Assembly: GCA_030704615.1 (NCBI GenBank)
Contig: CM060733.1
Coordinates: 1,550,001 to 1,614,000, forward strand
From: Takakia lepidozioides
Lineage: Eukaryota; Plantae; Bryophyta
DNA: 64,000 nucleotides
Direction of reading: 5' to 3'
Part shown: positions 1 through 13,575 of the stretch, piece after piece
Numbering within the stretch: position 1 is the stretch's first letter
How the letters are laid out: every line of letters starts with the position of its first letter
The notes under the pieces: model-generated
Seen by the model: only the letters and a program-made list of their open reading frames with translations
Told to the model about the DNA's origin: nothing
The model's database searches: none
Translations under genes and position numbers: made by a program

Positions 1-1370
1 AATTGCCAAAGAGAGGGATCGGATCCTACAACGAGCCAAGAGGTTCAAGTGGGAGGGGACACACCTACTCCGAGTGTAGGAGGATGGTCGAGTGAGGATT
101 GTGCCTCACCCAACACAGCGAGCACGGTTAGTGCGGCATGCCCATAAGGAGGTGGAGCATTTGGGGGTGCGACGCACTCATAGTCTACTGCAGGAGCAAT
201 ATTGGTGACGTGATATGCACACAGAGGTGCAACAATTTGTGGCTAGGTGCATGGTGTGTGACAGGGTGCGTGCTTCATTTAACGCCCCTACACCACAATT
301 GCACCCTCTTCCGATCATGGGATTGGGCTACAGGTGGAGTCTTAACTTCGCAAGGCCATTGCCACTTACGATGCGCCACAACAAGTACGTGTTGGTGATG
401 GTGGAGCACCTCTCCAAGTGGATCGAGTTGGTTCCATTGCCTAATAAGGCTAGTGAGGGAGCTGCGTATGCATTCTTGGATCGTGTACTTAGCCGAATCG
501 GTGCTCCAGCTGAGGTACTCACGGATCAAGGGAGAGAGTTCTTGGGGGAGTTTCAGGCGTTGTGTGACAAGGCCTTGATAGACCACCGCACCACTTCTCG
601 GGATCATCCTGAGGCTGATGGCTTGGCACAGAGGGTTGTGCAAACGGTTAAGAGGGGTTTGCGCAAGTATGGCTTGCAGAAGGGACACCTTGGAGATTGG
701 GACCTTCAGCTATCCTGGTTAGTCATGGGCTACATGTTCAGCAAGCAAACATCACTTGCCTCGTTCTCGCCTTATTTCCTTCTCTTTGGCCGAGAGCCAG
801 ATTTGCCTACATCTATTCGCAGAGAGGCTACAGTAGTCCTCAATCTTGACGATCCGGATGTGTGGGCATGTGCATGTGGTCAGCGCGTGGAGTTGTTCAA
901 GAAAGTCATGCCCATGGCTTTCGAGAACCTTGCCATTGCACAACATCGTGATACGTTGAGGTATGCTACCACTATCGTCCTAGGGTTCGTAGATTTCACC
1001 CTGGTGACTATGTTTATCTGCAGCAGACTGCTCCAACGACCCTGGATATGACTGCAAGACGTGTTATTTTGAGGGTTCAAGAGGTATTGCCCTCAGGCGT
1101 CCTGATCTTGGAGGGTCGGGATGGCATGACTTGGAAGGACCATGCGCATAATTATGCGCCATGTCACCTTCCGAATGTCGATGGCAATATTGACCCAAAC
1201 CTGGCAGTGGTACCTGCAAGTTTGAGGTGCATATTGTGTGGGTCTGCTAGAGGGGCAACCACAATGCTGGTGTGTGATCGATGCTCTAGAGGTTGACATA
1301 TGGGATGTTTGACTCCACCTCTTGAGATGGTTCCTGATGGGGATTGGTTATGTCCGCATTGCATTGTATA
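1..1370 (+). pseudogene. Ty3/Gypsy pol 3' part (integrase plus C-terminal PHD finger), degenerate, cut by window start
   Basis: ORF 215-1051 has the integrase zinc-binding region (CMVC) and core (TDQGREF). Frameshifted continuation gives C4HC3 PHD CILC..CDRC..H..C..CPHC (1228-1362) with a TGA stop at 1294. Collinear with 38878-40250. Confidence 0.93.
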
Positions 1371-1615
1371 GTGGGAGTGGATACAACCATGGAAGGCTAA
1401 CAAAAAATGCAAGGCCAAGCTACTAGGAGACCAACACGCGAGATCCTGGCTCAAGTTCACAGATTGTGAGACGACGACTAATGATGAGGCTACTTTTGTA
1501 CCCGGTCTCTTGGTCTATAGAGTTTGAGTACAATAGGGACAGTAATAGAGAACTTAGTATGGCTGTGGCTATTACATCTTGTAACTATCTGGAGTTAGAG
1601 GGACCTAACCACCAG

Positions 1616-1680
1616 TTAGGGGGGCGATTGTGGTAGACTACTTTATTGTGCATATATATGTGGTGTGATTTGGACCTTGT
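1616..1680 (+). mobile_element. Polypurine tract and truncated start of 3' LTR of the first Gypsy copy
   Basis: TAGGGGGGCGAT followed by TG at 1629. The same PPT precedes the LTR at 38617-38630 on the minus strand. Confidence 0.75.
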
Positions 1681-1689
1681 AAGAGTTCT

Positions 1690-2380
1690 AACGGAAACCT
1701 ACTGAGAACTTGAGGGAGGCTTTTACTCGAGGCGCTTGATAAATATAACCCAAGGGGTTACGGAAGCTCAGGCAATCCAATTCTGGTATGGGATATTGGA
1801 CAAGGAGCTGAGGAGAAGGGTGCGGGACGCAACTCTCCTACAAGCGGCCCAACCCACCTTAGCAAATGTGTTTTTGCTGGCAGAGCGGATAGAGCTCAAC
1901 ATGGTGGAGGAACGAGTGGTCATAGTCGGATTTGCTAAGGAGACATCACGGGGTAGTGGTGCTCCTAGCCAGCCACTGCCCCAACGTGCTCAAGGCAACA
2001 AGGGGGTTCAGGTGAAGCCCAGGGAATGACAAAGATGATCTCAGATGCATGGGTCTTTCCCTTCATTTGCAGGCCAACAACGGGCGGATGTGGTGTGCTG
2101 GATATGTGGAGGATCCCATGTCAAGAAGGATTGCCTTGAGGGAGGCAACGGTTTGGCACAGGCACAGCCTGCACAGTTGTAGTGTGGGCATTGTGGCAAG
2201 CACGGACATGGAGGCCCAGTATTATGGTTTGCATCCTGAGTTGCCAAGGGAACAATGGTGGCCGGAGGCGAGGTGGAGCACCCCAGAGAGGACGAGGTGG
2301 CCAGGCACGAGGTGCAGGCCAAGGGCAAGCTCAACATGGCCAGGGACGTGGAGGTCAGGGCTTCCAACTAAACCCTAACG
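1690..2380 (+). pseudogene. Gypsy gag fragment with zinc knuckle(s)
   Basis: ORF 1736-2029 is capsid-like (AQAIQFWYGILDKELRRRVRD..LAERIE). It is followed by CWICGGSHVKKDC (about 2096-2134), CGHCGKHGH, and a Gly/Gln/Arg-rich tail, with stops and frameshifts. Confidence 0.7.
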
Positions 2381-2489
2381 TCTTGCGTACAGAAGTTGTG
2401 TGGATAAGAAGTGAGGGAGAATGACCTTCCATTGGCTTATATGGCCCGTCCCCCTCATTCCTCGGACCATGCGCATGACATATTCTAGA

Positions 2490-3770
2490 AGCGACCGCCG
2501 CCATGGCGGTCGCTGCATTAAAAAAAAAAAAAAAACGACCACCAGTAATGGCGGTCGCTCTATTTAAAAAATTAGACAATAAAAACAACCGCTAGTAACG
2601 GCGGTTGACTATTTTATTATATATATATATATATAAAAACCGACCGCCATAACAACCGGTCGTAGCATTTTCAAAAATTAAAAATATACAAGTGACCGCC
2701 AGTAATGGCGGTCGTTCTATTTAAAAAAATAAAAAACTAAAACGACGCCAATAATGGTAGTCGCTATATTTTAAAATAATAATAATAATAAAATGACCCC
2801 CATTATTCCCGTTCGCAGCATTTTCAGAAATTTAAAATACACAAGCAACCGCCAATAATGGCGGTCGCTCAATTTTTTAAAAACAAAATGCGACCGCCAT
2901 CACTAGCGGTCGCTGTATTTTTCAGAAATTAAAAATATACAACCGACCGCAAGTAGTGGCGATCGCTCAATTTGTTTTTAAAAACAAAACAAAAGCGACC
3001 GCCAATAATGGCAGTTGCTCCATTTTAAAAAATAAAAAATAAAAGCAAACGCCATTACTGGCGGTCGCTGCATTTTCAGAAATTAAAAATGTACAATGTA
3101 AATGTAAATTAAAAATTAAAAATTAAATGCGACCATTACTGGCGGTCGCTGGGTATATATGTATATATATAATAAAGCGACCGCCATAATATGGCGGTCG
3201 CTGCATTTTCCGAAATTAAAAATATTTTTGACATTTAAATATTTCTAATATTAACAAAATTAAAAAATTAAATATTTTTAAAATATTCATATATTTTTAA
3301 AATAAAATGACTGCCATATTATGGCGGTCGCTGGTTTTTATATATTTGTAAAATAAAGATGGCAGTCGCTAGTTTTTTATAACCTTTTAAAAAAATAGCG
3401 ACCGCCATATGGCGGTCGCTTTTTTTTTTTAATTTTCAAAATTAAGTGCCCGCTCGTTTGGCGGGAGCTTGCTTTTTATATATTATTGAGATTAAGGGAC
3501 CGCCAATTCTGGCGGTTCCTTGTTTTTTTTATATATTTTAAAAATTATGCGACCACCAATACGGAGGTCGTTGTTTTAAAAAAAAAATTAGGCGACCGCC
3601 AATGCGACCGCCAATCTTGTTTTTGTTTAATAAAAAATTTAAGCGAATGCCATGTTGGCGGTCGCTCTTATTTCTAAAATTCCAAAATATAAAGCGACCG
3701 CCTGAATTGGCGGTCGTTTTTATTTTATTATGTTTCAAAATGTATTTGTCACCTCCACCGTGTTGGCGAC
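2490..3770. repeat. AT-rich array of GCGACCGCC..GGCGGTCGC palindromic motifs, foldback-like or DNA-transposon subterminal region
   Basis: Many GCGACCGCC-N(4-7)-GGCGGTCGC units separated by A/T runs. Local inverted symmetry around about 3260 (3165-3225 versus the reverse complement of 3291-3345). Confidence 0.8.
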
Positions 3771-4269
3771 GTGACTGCTTAAGTGAAATATTTTACCTGA
3801 TACTTTTTTATTAGAATATTCTCGGAACCTGACGTGACGGAGGTCCCGCTGCCCATCAGTGTCAGGTCTGACGTGACGCTGATAACCGGGGCTCGTGACG
3901 TGGAATATTTTAATATATTTTAGCTCTTTGTGCGGCTCATAGACATTAGGATTTAGTCTCTCGTTGGTTGGCAAGTTATTTTAATCGTCGGATGTAAAAA
4001 GATCTAAGGGTTGAAGACTAAGTATGCCATTTGCCAAAATTCGTCTAAGTGCTGGAAGAGGGAGCGCTAAGGAAAGAGAGCGCTAGAGATGGAGGCTTTG
4101 GAGAGATATGAGCAAGTGCGGGAAGAATGAAGACTAAATCGTGGCCCATGTCATCTTGTTGCAAGCGTTTCTGGTGTCAGGGGTCCAAATACAGACGTAG
4201 AAGTCAGAAGCAAGACGAGACATTATGTACTCAAGCTGATAGAGATGCTGATAGACCGCATTCGCCACT

Positions 4270-4372
4270 GTGGCAAAAGAGAGTTTGATAACATGGCTGA
4301 ACGAGATGTTATCTCATGGAACACGCTGATCACAGAATATGACCAGCATGGGTGCGAGATGAAGGCATTGGA
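4270..4372 (+). pseudogene. PPR motif fragment (PLS class)
   Basis: Translation REFDNMAERDVISWNTLITEYDQHGCEMKAL resembles FD.M..RDVVSWN.MI..Y..HG...EAL. No continuing PPR array. Confidence 0.65.
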
Positions 4373-5116
4373 GACAAATGTTGAGCAAATGTTGCGGTTT
4401 AATTTACCTATGGAGATGACTTTGAAATTCTCTATGTTGCAAAATGCAGTCTCGAGACTAAGTATTGGTTCATCAACCTGCTTCAAAAGATACGAGAAAA
4501 TGCATGCTGGAGCTTGGTGTTCAGATCAGCCTCGTCATCATCAAGCCCCACATGAGGAACAACAAATCAAGCATGTCAGGAGCCCGGACCTCCCCCAAGG
4601 ATGTTATTGCAGAACGAGACGCTCTCACAGTCATCCCCAAAAATCTAAGTTGGGTCTGCTTGCAACATGACACCTTGGCTGCGATGAATCAACTATTTGG
4701 ACAAGGCAACATCACCCACACTTACTTCTGCAATGTTCTCATCGCTAAGAAGACTCGTCATGCAGGCATGGTCAAAATTACATGCAACCTACCGTCTATA
4801 CAAGGTGGTGCAAATATGGACACCCAATTTTAAATCTAAAAATATTGTAAATTTTATCTTCAAAGAATGTATGTTACCTTATATTTTTTTGCACGTCGTT
4901 TAAAAAAAAAATGGAAGTGACCTCCTCGGGTGGAGATTGTTATGATACACAGATGATCTATGGTTCAAATGTGTGTTGTAACGTATACACGTTTACATTG
5001 AATTTTCAAATTTTTTGAAAAAAACGCCACTTCATCGGGAGTTGATCCCGTGATGCCTCACGTGACAACGTCGGGCACTACCTCTACACTACCTTTTCAA
5101 ACAAGGTTGTTTATGA

Positions 5117-5119
<3 letters not shown>

Positions 5120-5150
<31 letters not shown>
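5120..5150 (+). repeat. (CT)n microsatellite
   Basis: Seen directly in sequence. Confidence 0.95.
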
Positions 5151-5155
<5 letters not shown>

Positions 5156-8100
5156 CTTTTTGTTCCTCTCAAACAAGGTTACGGGAGGCAGACAACGTCT
5201 CTCTTTCCTTCTATCCTGTTCCGCGCTCAAACAAGGTTACGTGCTTTCAAGAACTCTTGCAGTTTAAGAAGTTCAAGAAGTTTAAGAACCGAGCAGTCCG
5301 GGCAGACTCCGAAACAAGTGACGACGAAATGTGGCGCAGATGACGTGACACTATGACACCCTATTGATGCTCCACGCTAAACTAGTCTCTGACCTTTAGT
5401 CGTCGCTAGAATTTAAGGTCGTTTTAACTCCACCCTGTATGTATAATTTTGTACATGAGGGGTTAAAAATACCCCCTCAGGTGCACGCACGTGGCTGGTA
5501 CAGATTGGCTAGGGTGCATCCCCCCAGGGAGCATAGGCTATCCAGCGGTGCAGAGTTAGTTGGAAGATCAATGATCTAGTGACAATGTCAAAGTCCCACA
5601 GAGGCATCACTATGAAGATGTTTTCTAAGGAAACAACATACTTCATTTACGATGATTCAATGCAGAACGACGTTTGGAGATAATTTTTAGCTCCGATGGA
5701 CCTGTAAATTTGCAGGCTATTACAGAGTACCTAATGATAATTTATCACCAAGTTTGGTGAATTTTGGTTAAGGTTAGTAGCGGGGCACCGAATTTCAGGG
5801 TCAATGGCACTTACGACGATCGATTATTTGATTTTTTATTTTCCCTTTGGTCCAAAAATTACAGCTCGACTGTACCAATTGTCCGGATGAGAAGTATAGC
5901 TAGTCATCCAAAATTTAGATGAAAGAACATTATTAGTTCGCTTTAAGGATTTCCATCCATGGTCCATTATTATTATTATTATTTTCTCTTTAGTCAATAA
6001 AACCCCCAACAGATATGAATAGTTTTAACAATAAATTTTATTATTAAAGTGAGCCTCAAAGTAATATAATATATAGGAGGGCAAGGCTCTCTTGTTCTTC
6101 ATCTTATATTTCCATCTTGCTTTGTTACTTTTGCTTTAGTTTTAGTTTTGGCTAAATGGGACCTAGTTCCTAGTTAGGGAGTAGAGCTCGAGCTCTCTAG
6201 AATTAGGAGAACCCATCCACTTCTAATTTGTGAGCACCATCGAGTGATATTAACTTTGTTTTTTATTTTATTTCTGCATTAAGCCAAAGAGCTATTTGTT
6301 AGATAATTATATGCCATGAAGGTCATTCATGTCTTTTTAGGACAAGGAGAGAACAAGTGAAAGATAGTTACCCGAACTCGAAATATATATATATATAGTC
6401 TCCGTCGCCCAACGGTGGCCCTACTGTCGCCCGAATCCAAAATTCAATAAAATTTATTAACAAAAAAATGCATAATTATCGTTGCACGACGGTCGCTTAG
6501 CGGTCGTCATGCCGTCACCCAACTGTTGTCCGGCCGTCACCGTCACCCATTTTCAAAAGTAAAAAAAAACAACTTACAGCCACTATTACTTGACGGTCAT
6601 CCATCCGATCGCCCAATAGTTCATTTTTAAAAGTAAATAAAAATAAAAATAAAAATAAAAATCATAAGTGCAGTACACGTAGGCTGTCACCTCGACATTG
6701 ATAAATTAAGTCGAGTCAAAGAAAAAAAAACAAAAACAAAAAATATTAAGTCGGGTTTGGACTTGACTGGACGCACGTCATGACGTGTTGCGCCACGTCA
6801 TGCCATGATTGACAACTGGATATGACAGTTTTTTCTATTTTATTCTCCCAAGATAAAATCCTGCACATAATCCCAATGAATAACGACTATCTCAGCTTGT
6901 TTCTCCACGGGTTCTTGTATTAAAGTTTTAGGTTTCCATTGTAAGTTCTTCTAATTGAATGATCCTAACAGAGGAATCTGTAACATTTATCGCAGCTCTA
7001 CAATCAAATCGCTATGTAATGTATTTTAAATAGCACTGTAGAATGTACTCTATATGCATATTGTGTAGACAAAGCTAAGGTTGTTCGATGTTCTCACACT
7101 TTGAAGTACTCACGCTATGGTTTTCTGACAACTTAGAAATGGATATTCAGATTTGACATGCATATACGTGATATATATCTATGGTGGATGATACCAGTGT
7201 TGGATTAGTATATAAGGCGTGGCCGGGTATCAACCCAAGTATTAACCCTTCAACGCCCACCAGCCTTCGTTGACTTTTCAGAAGATCATAGCCCCTTAGA
7301 TGAAAAACGTCTGTAATTATCTGACAAAAAAATCTGGAAAATTTGACCAGTCAGTTGCTGTGTACCTACCGCTATAAGACACATGGAAATTTTCAGGGCA
7401 ATCAACCTAAAATCGGTGATTTGCCACCGTTGAGTGTAAACCTAATTTGTCAGCCTTTTTTTCAACATTTCGAAACTATTCAGGAAAATCATTTTTTGGT
7501 TGACAGGATGAAATCCGTTCGGCCTGATGCATCTCACAGGTGGTCCCTACAAAATTCTACATCCAATGAATTGTAGTGGACAGAAATTGGCCAACAGATG
7601 AATTCGGGGAAGTCACTCCCTATCTAGTTTCTTAGGCATCTGAGATAAATAAACATTTTGTATGGAGGTATTAATTGTTTTTTTGAATTTTTGGCCTATT
7701 ATTGCATAATTTTGTAATAGGACAGATTTTCTGGCGGCCTATATTTTTTTTATAGCAGATAACAAATATTGGAAGCCTTGTAGTAATCATAAAATTAAAA
7801 TAAAAACTTTTATATGGTGATGAGGTTCATTGTTTGCTGGAAACAAACTCATCCAAGGCATATGTATCAACATCAATTAAAATATAAACATTTTGAGCGA
7901 AATCAAAACTCATAGTAACTGAACTAATAATTGAATCTATGTCTATCCACTTGCTATCAGTTAATCATATTTGAACTTAAGGTGTCATCTAGTTTTTGAG
8001 AAGTAGTTAAGGAGCACCATAATTGTTGTGGTTAGCTCGTTAATGAGATCAGCGTTGTCGAGAGATCCCCCACATGCTCCCTACCTTTCTTCTCATTTTG

Positions 8101-11099
8101 TATATTCTGCCTATCTACCATGTCCCTTCATCGACACCAGAGTGATACTTGTTGGAACAGTCTTTTGTCCCTCCTTAGCTAATTTATTTATCTAAAGTGT
8201 AGCTTTGACAGATGATGACTGTGTAGTAAACACCCTCTGGACGAAATAGACTCCTACATCGGGGTGTTGTGGCAAGGCTCCATATAGTGACCATACAATG
8301 AACGACATGTGTCCCTCGAGTCTATCTCGACCCTATCAGTAGTTCTTAGAAAAAAAAAAAAAAAAAATCTTTATTATAGACCCTACTTGAATTTAAATGC
8401 GGTGCCACCAATATGCTAGCACCCAATGATATTTCTAAATGTTTTTCTAAATTTCAGTATATTTGGTACCCTACATTTTTTTGCATGTTGTCAGGTGAAA
8501 ATATTTGGAAGTGACTTCTCCGAGAGGATGAGCTATTGGCAATTGGTTAAAGAGGGGGGGTCGAATTCATATTTTACATGTGTCTATTTTGGCTAAGTCC
8601 TCTTCAAGATTTTGGCTTTCCGCAAACATCTATATGCACAACGGCTTGTTATCAACTCCTAACCAGTGCAATTGGCTCAGATTTGCTGAGTTGGCACTTG
8701 GTCAAATAAAAAAGGATCCAAAAATGCAATTTGAAGCCTGTGGTTTTCCATGCTTGTTCTTTATAACAATTGATATCTATAGCATTTCTTCAAGTCAATA
8801 ACCTGATCCCCGAAGTAACATGAGTACATACTGAAGTCAAGGCCGTACACTGGCTTGCATAGGTGGGATTTGAACCCATATTGGACCTACCCCCTATTGA
8901 CAGCCCATGCATGACCACAAGGGACTACATTATTTTTTTCCCTTGTGCCTACCCCCACTTAGAAGGCTGAGACTAACTACATATACTACGTTAATGCAAA
9001 TGTATGAGCTAACATAAGCCTAAAAGTGCCACCACAACTTCAAAATCTAATATGATATGAGCCTACTATGAGCCTACAACTAATATTAGCCTTATCACCC
9101 TCAAATCCACCCTCAAACTCAAATGACAAGGGTTCCACAATTTCTTTACCATGTCTCATTGCCAATCGTTTTAGTCTCATACTGACTATTGGCAGAACAC
9201 TGAAAATTAGGCCACACTCGCACCTTTAGCATTTCAGGAGAGAAGCCAAATAGATGGCCCTCCTCCTTGTGTTCCACTTAGCCAAAGATATGTACGGTCT
9301 ATCACCGATACCGATAGCAAAAGTTACTGGGTTGTGGGAAAGCATGTATTGTGATTCGACTTTGGTGTTTCATCCCCAACAACTAGTCTTCATTGAGAGC
9401 ACCACACAGTTTACTTAGGAGAGGCGCCCAACTCGAAATTACACCAGCCTTGGACGCAAGATGAGCAGCCCTAGCAGGGGGAGACATTTCTGATCAGAAT
9501 CGTATAGCTATGAATTGAATGGTGATGAGAGACCAATTCTGATACCCACCGCAAGAACTTGCGAAAACATACATGCCCAACAATAATAATATAAGGTTTT
9601 AATATAGATCTTTTACATAATAATACCGTAACAACAAATCAATTGCAAAAATTCATGTCTTCTTTTCACATGCAACTCCAATTCACAATGTAAGAGTCTT
9701 TTGCCTTTGGTAGTGTGAAACGGGTGAGAGAAACGTACCCATAATGAGAGCTACATTTCCTTTATTGTGTTTCTCTTGGTAAACCTGCAACTCCCAAAAA
9801 CGATGCATGTGGGTTGTCACAACACCACGATTTTAGATAACTGCAAATGTGCCAATGCTCAGCTACCTTGGCTCTGAAAACATACAGGCTATTGCGTAGC
9901 CAGAAGGAGTGCTAGCCAAAGCCCACACCGAGTCAGTATGCACGCAGTATGTAAATGCAGCGCTGCTGCCCCAGATCCCAGAGCCTGCCAAGTCTCCAGC
10001 AAACATCATTCAAATGATATACATATAACTTGATGAGTGAATATCTCGAGAAAGGCAGTAACGCAATAGCAATAGTGCTTAGGGTAATTTACACAGATAG
10101 CATGGTTATGTTTGTCAAATAAGTTTTCATCCACAAAAATATATTTGAGACTATACTTTATTAACCTTGACAACCCATCAGATTATTTAGAGTACAACCT
10201 TTGTGATGATACCTCACATGATAAGAAGTAAACAAGACAAACACAGTTTGAAACATATAGGACCGGCGGACTTGGCCTGTATGCCGAAGCATGAAGTCCG
10301 ATGATTATGAGAAACACAACCCCTCACAACATCCACATATCTCCACATTATAACAACTGAAAGTGGACTGACATTAGCTATGAAGGGAATATAACTCACA
10401 AAAAGTTTTCCAACTTTTTTCTAAATATATTGTTGACTTCCAGCTCTACCGCTTTGCGCAGAGGCAGACAAGCTCAGCAGCAGATGGACAAACTGTAAAG
10501 CACTTAAAGTGGCCCTGCAATCTTTCATCTTCACTCAGCTCACTCCGGTCACCTCGTACCTTTCAGAAGATAGAGTCGAGAATGATGACTTGCCATAAGT
10601 GTCATCTTGGTGCTTATGTAGCTGTGCGTGTTCTTGTTCTGAATAGGTTAGGTCTTCATGATAGAGGTAGCTAATAACTACATAAAGTAACAATGTCGTT
10701 GCACTTTAAGGATGATTGGAGGAAAATAGAATTTGCACCCAAAACTTCGGAAAACCTTTGGAACCACACAACCTCCGCATTATTTGTAACCTACGAAATG
10801 GAAGCCATAGAGACTAGGAGTATAGTTAAAATGCTCAATCCACAGATAGAAAAACCACAGAAAATGTATAATCTACTAAAATTGCGAAGAAAAATAGATC
10901 TAATAATTTACTATCAAAATTATTAAATGATAATACGGAATTTTCAATTTCATAAATATTTTACTGAGGGAGTGCAGGACCCGGGTGTAATATGAGGAGA
11001 GGTTCATTTAGGGCAGGTGTTATCTGGGGAAGGTATAACATGAAGTTAATATTTTTTTGACACTGATGGGTAGTCTCATCTTTAGGAAAAAGCCAATAA

Positions 11100-11520
11100 A
11101 TAGAATGTGTTGCCGAGTGCGAGAGGGAGACAGATGCCCTGATTGTTGATGACTGTGACATTTGCTTCTTTCGTACTTCCAACCCAACAAAATTAAAAAA
11201 TGGAAAAAATAAATAAATGAATGTGTTGCCGAGGTGGGAGAGAGAGGCAAACTTCTCTCGCACTTCCCAAAATCCACAAAAAAAAGAAAAAAAGAAAAAG
11301 AAATCGTTGCGGAGTTGCAAGAGAGAGGTCAATGTGACAATCATTGACGATCCTAACATTTGTCTCTCGCATTTTCCAAAAATATTAAAATAAAAAATAG
11401 AAAAAATGAGAAAAAAAATAAAATGTCAACGAGGTGCAAGAGAGAGACGGATGTCGCGATCGTGATCGGTGACGATTGTGGCATTTGCCTCTTTCGCTCT
11501 TTGAACCAAAAACTGAAAAA
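11100..11520. repeat. Degenerate tandem repeat, about 4 units of 80-120 bp
   Basis: Recurrent AATGTGTTGCCGAG..GAGAGAG..GA(T/C)GA..CATTTG units near 11104, 11220, 11301 and 11421, separated by A-rich tracts. Confidence 0.65.
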
Positions 11521-12360
11521 ATGGAATGCAACTTCTTTGGTAAAGCCTTTATCAGATTCTTTCAATCATTTATATCAGTTTTATTATATGTATGTGTGTG
11601 TGGGTATGTGTGTTTGTTTTTCCAAAGAAACACGCACCCCAACAACTGGGCCTTGAGGAGGAAAATAAATCCCCTCATGAATTACAAGGGCGGAGCCCTA
11701 TGAAGGTAGAGAGACCGATTAGAGAGGTTTGAACCCCAGACCCACAGGCCAGTACACTAGTGACTTACCACCGGACAACAACCTTGTTCTGAGTTGTATT
11801 CAATTTTAAGCTTAAATTTGATTTTTTTCTTTTCTTTTTTTCTTGTGTTGGTTATCCGTAGTATTTTTGGTTGAAAGATAATTTGTTTGTTGTTTTTTGG
11901 GGGGAGTCGATCCCAATTCTGGTGCACTACTATGGTTTGGTACAATATTAGTATCCACATTTTTCCTACTTTCCACAATCACAATCAATTTCCTTTCAGA
12001 TTCCTTTAGATCCATCAAGTTACATACCATTTTTTATTGTTTTATATCCACTAGGGACCCCAAAAATTATATTTTTCTATATTTTGTAATTGACCGGATA
12101 TTATTGAAGTTTCTATAGAGTTGATATAATATCAGTTATTTTCTTATATATCTAGATATCAAATTTCAGAAGAAAAAAAAAGCATTTTCGGTGCTCGTTT
12201 GTGGTGTGCATGATATGGCCCTACATTAAAACCAGTATATCCACCCAACAGTTGTATTGAGTTGTATTGTTCTTTATAGTACGTATTTTGACCTTCTGTA
12301 TCATTTTGTTATGGTCCTTGTTCCAGTTTATGTTTTTATAGTGGGGCTTGAGCCCACGAA

Positions 12361-12830
12361 AGTAGTTAGTAGTAACTACTAGGCAAGAGAGGGCACATAG
12401 CAAAGCCATCCCCTCGTTTAAATCTGTTGGGCGTTGATTTGATTTCTTTCATATCCTCCGGTTCCGGTTTTTACAAAATCTTAGAATCATGGAACCAGAG
12501 TAGTTAGAGAGAGAAGATGTCGGCCAGGGCCGGCGTAACTAAGAGCCACTTCGCCTTGCGGCTACTGCCTCCTTTCGGAGGTGGGCCCTATGCGACCTGG
12601 TTCCTTTGTGACCCCTCTAACCTTTCATTACTTTTCAGAATTGAAGTTTGCCTGCGTGTGATCCCTATCAAACCCCAAACATGTCTGATCAAACCAGAGT
12701 TGTTAGTAGTAACTACTAGGCAAGAGAGGGCACATAGCAAAGCCATCCCCTCGTTTATATGTGTTGGGCGGTTATTTGATTTCTCTCATATCCTTCGGTT
12801 GCGGTTTTTACAAAATCTTAGAATCAAAGA
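12361..12830 (+). repeat. About 130-bp direct duplication (12361-12492 and 12698-12830) flanking a retroelement tail
   Basis: TAGTAGTAACTACTAGGCAAGAGAGGGCACATAGCAAAGCCATCCCCTCGTTTA...AAATCTTAGAATCA is present twice. Confidence 0.9.
12506..12691 (-). mobile_element. Short 5'-truncated copy (3' end) of the RLE LINE seen at 44927-45758
   Basis: GGCCGGCGTAACTAAGAGCCACTTC.CCTTGCGGCTACTGCC is shared with 44962-45003, next to a GA run. Candidate TSD AACCAGAGT(A/T)GTTAG at 12493-12507 and 12692-12706. Confidence 0.75.
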
Positions 12831-13361
12831 ACCTTTGGTTCCGTTTTTTCCAGATATTTTTTATGGAACGAACCACCGGTTCCGGTTAATTGTAAGAACC
12901 TCAAGGAACCAGTGGTTTTCATCGAATAACAGGCGGGTCTTTCGCGGATCTTTGACGATTTTCAGGCTGGTTATTTCAAAACTACGTAACAGACAATTAT
13001 GAGCCTTAGCCAGTTCTTTGTTTTTTTTGAGAACTGTGGTTATACATACATATAACCTTCATAACCTCTGGGGGTTTGTAGCTGAATCAAAGAACCTCCC
13101 AACACTGGTTTGTATATGAGAGGTGGGCCAACCCTATGAAGCGGCCGTGGAGCTTTCCAGAAGGCTGGTCCGTACTGCATTTCCATAGTGCACCGTTTCT
13201 CCAACCCTGGACACAGGTCTTCATCCTATTGCTGCACCCTGTTCCTGCCTCCCTATTGGCCGCTCCCACCGTGTTTCATTAACCTTCAATTTTCTATTGG
13301 TTACTCACTCCACCCAACACGACTAAACCCCAAATTCGAAAGCAACGAAACCAACTGGAAT

Positions 13362-13434
13362 GAAGGATTGAACCCCATAAGCACAAGCCAATAGACTAGA
13401 TGGCCAACCGAAACCACTAGGCCATAGCCCCCCT
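13362..13434 (-). mobile_element. tRNA-derived (SINE-like) Pol III promoter remnant
   Basis: Minus strand reads TGGCCTAGTGG (A box), then about 35 nt later GGTTCAATCC (B-box-like). No complete cloverleaf. Confidence 0.4.
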
Positions 13435-13509
13435 CCCCTTCATTACAATGCGAGGTTTAGGGCCACCCCTTGGAACATCCACCTCTCCCCTTCACTATAT
13501 AATGACAGA

Positions 13510-13575
13510 AATAGGCCCCACCCTCGAAAGGAGGCGGCCGAAAGGTAAAGTGACTCTTAGTTACCTCGACCAAGG
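13510..13575 (+). mobile_element. Diverged copy of the RLE LINE 3' end
   Basis: AGGCCCCACCCTCGAAAGGAGGCGGCCGAAAGGTAAAGTGACTCTTAGTTAC aligns with the reverse complement of 12530-12590 and 44965-45025. Confidence 0.7.

Noticed and set aside
2490-3770. CRISPR or REP-like array
   Set aside because: Repeats are short and degenerate with low-complexity, mutually similar spacers, which fits TE subterminal repeats better.
4799-5439. Possible Tc1/mariner-type MITE (TACAAGGTGG ... CCACCCTGTA)
   Set aside because: Only about 10 bp of imperfect inverted match, insufficient without other copies.
7242-7700. piggyBac-like end (TTAACCCTT)
   Set aside because: No matching opposite end or transposase found.
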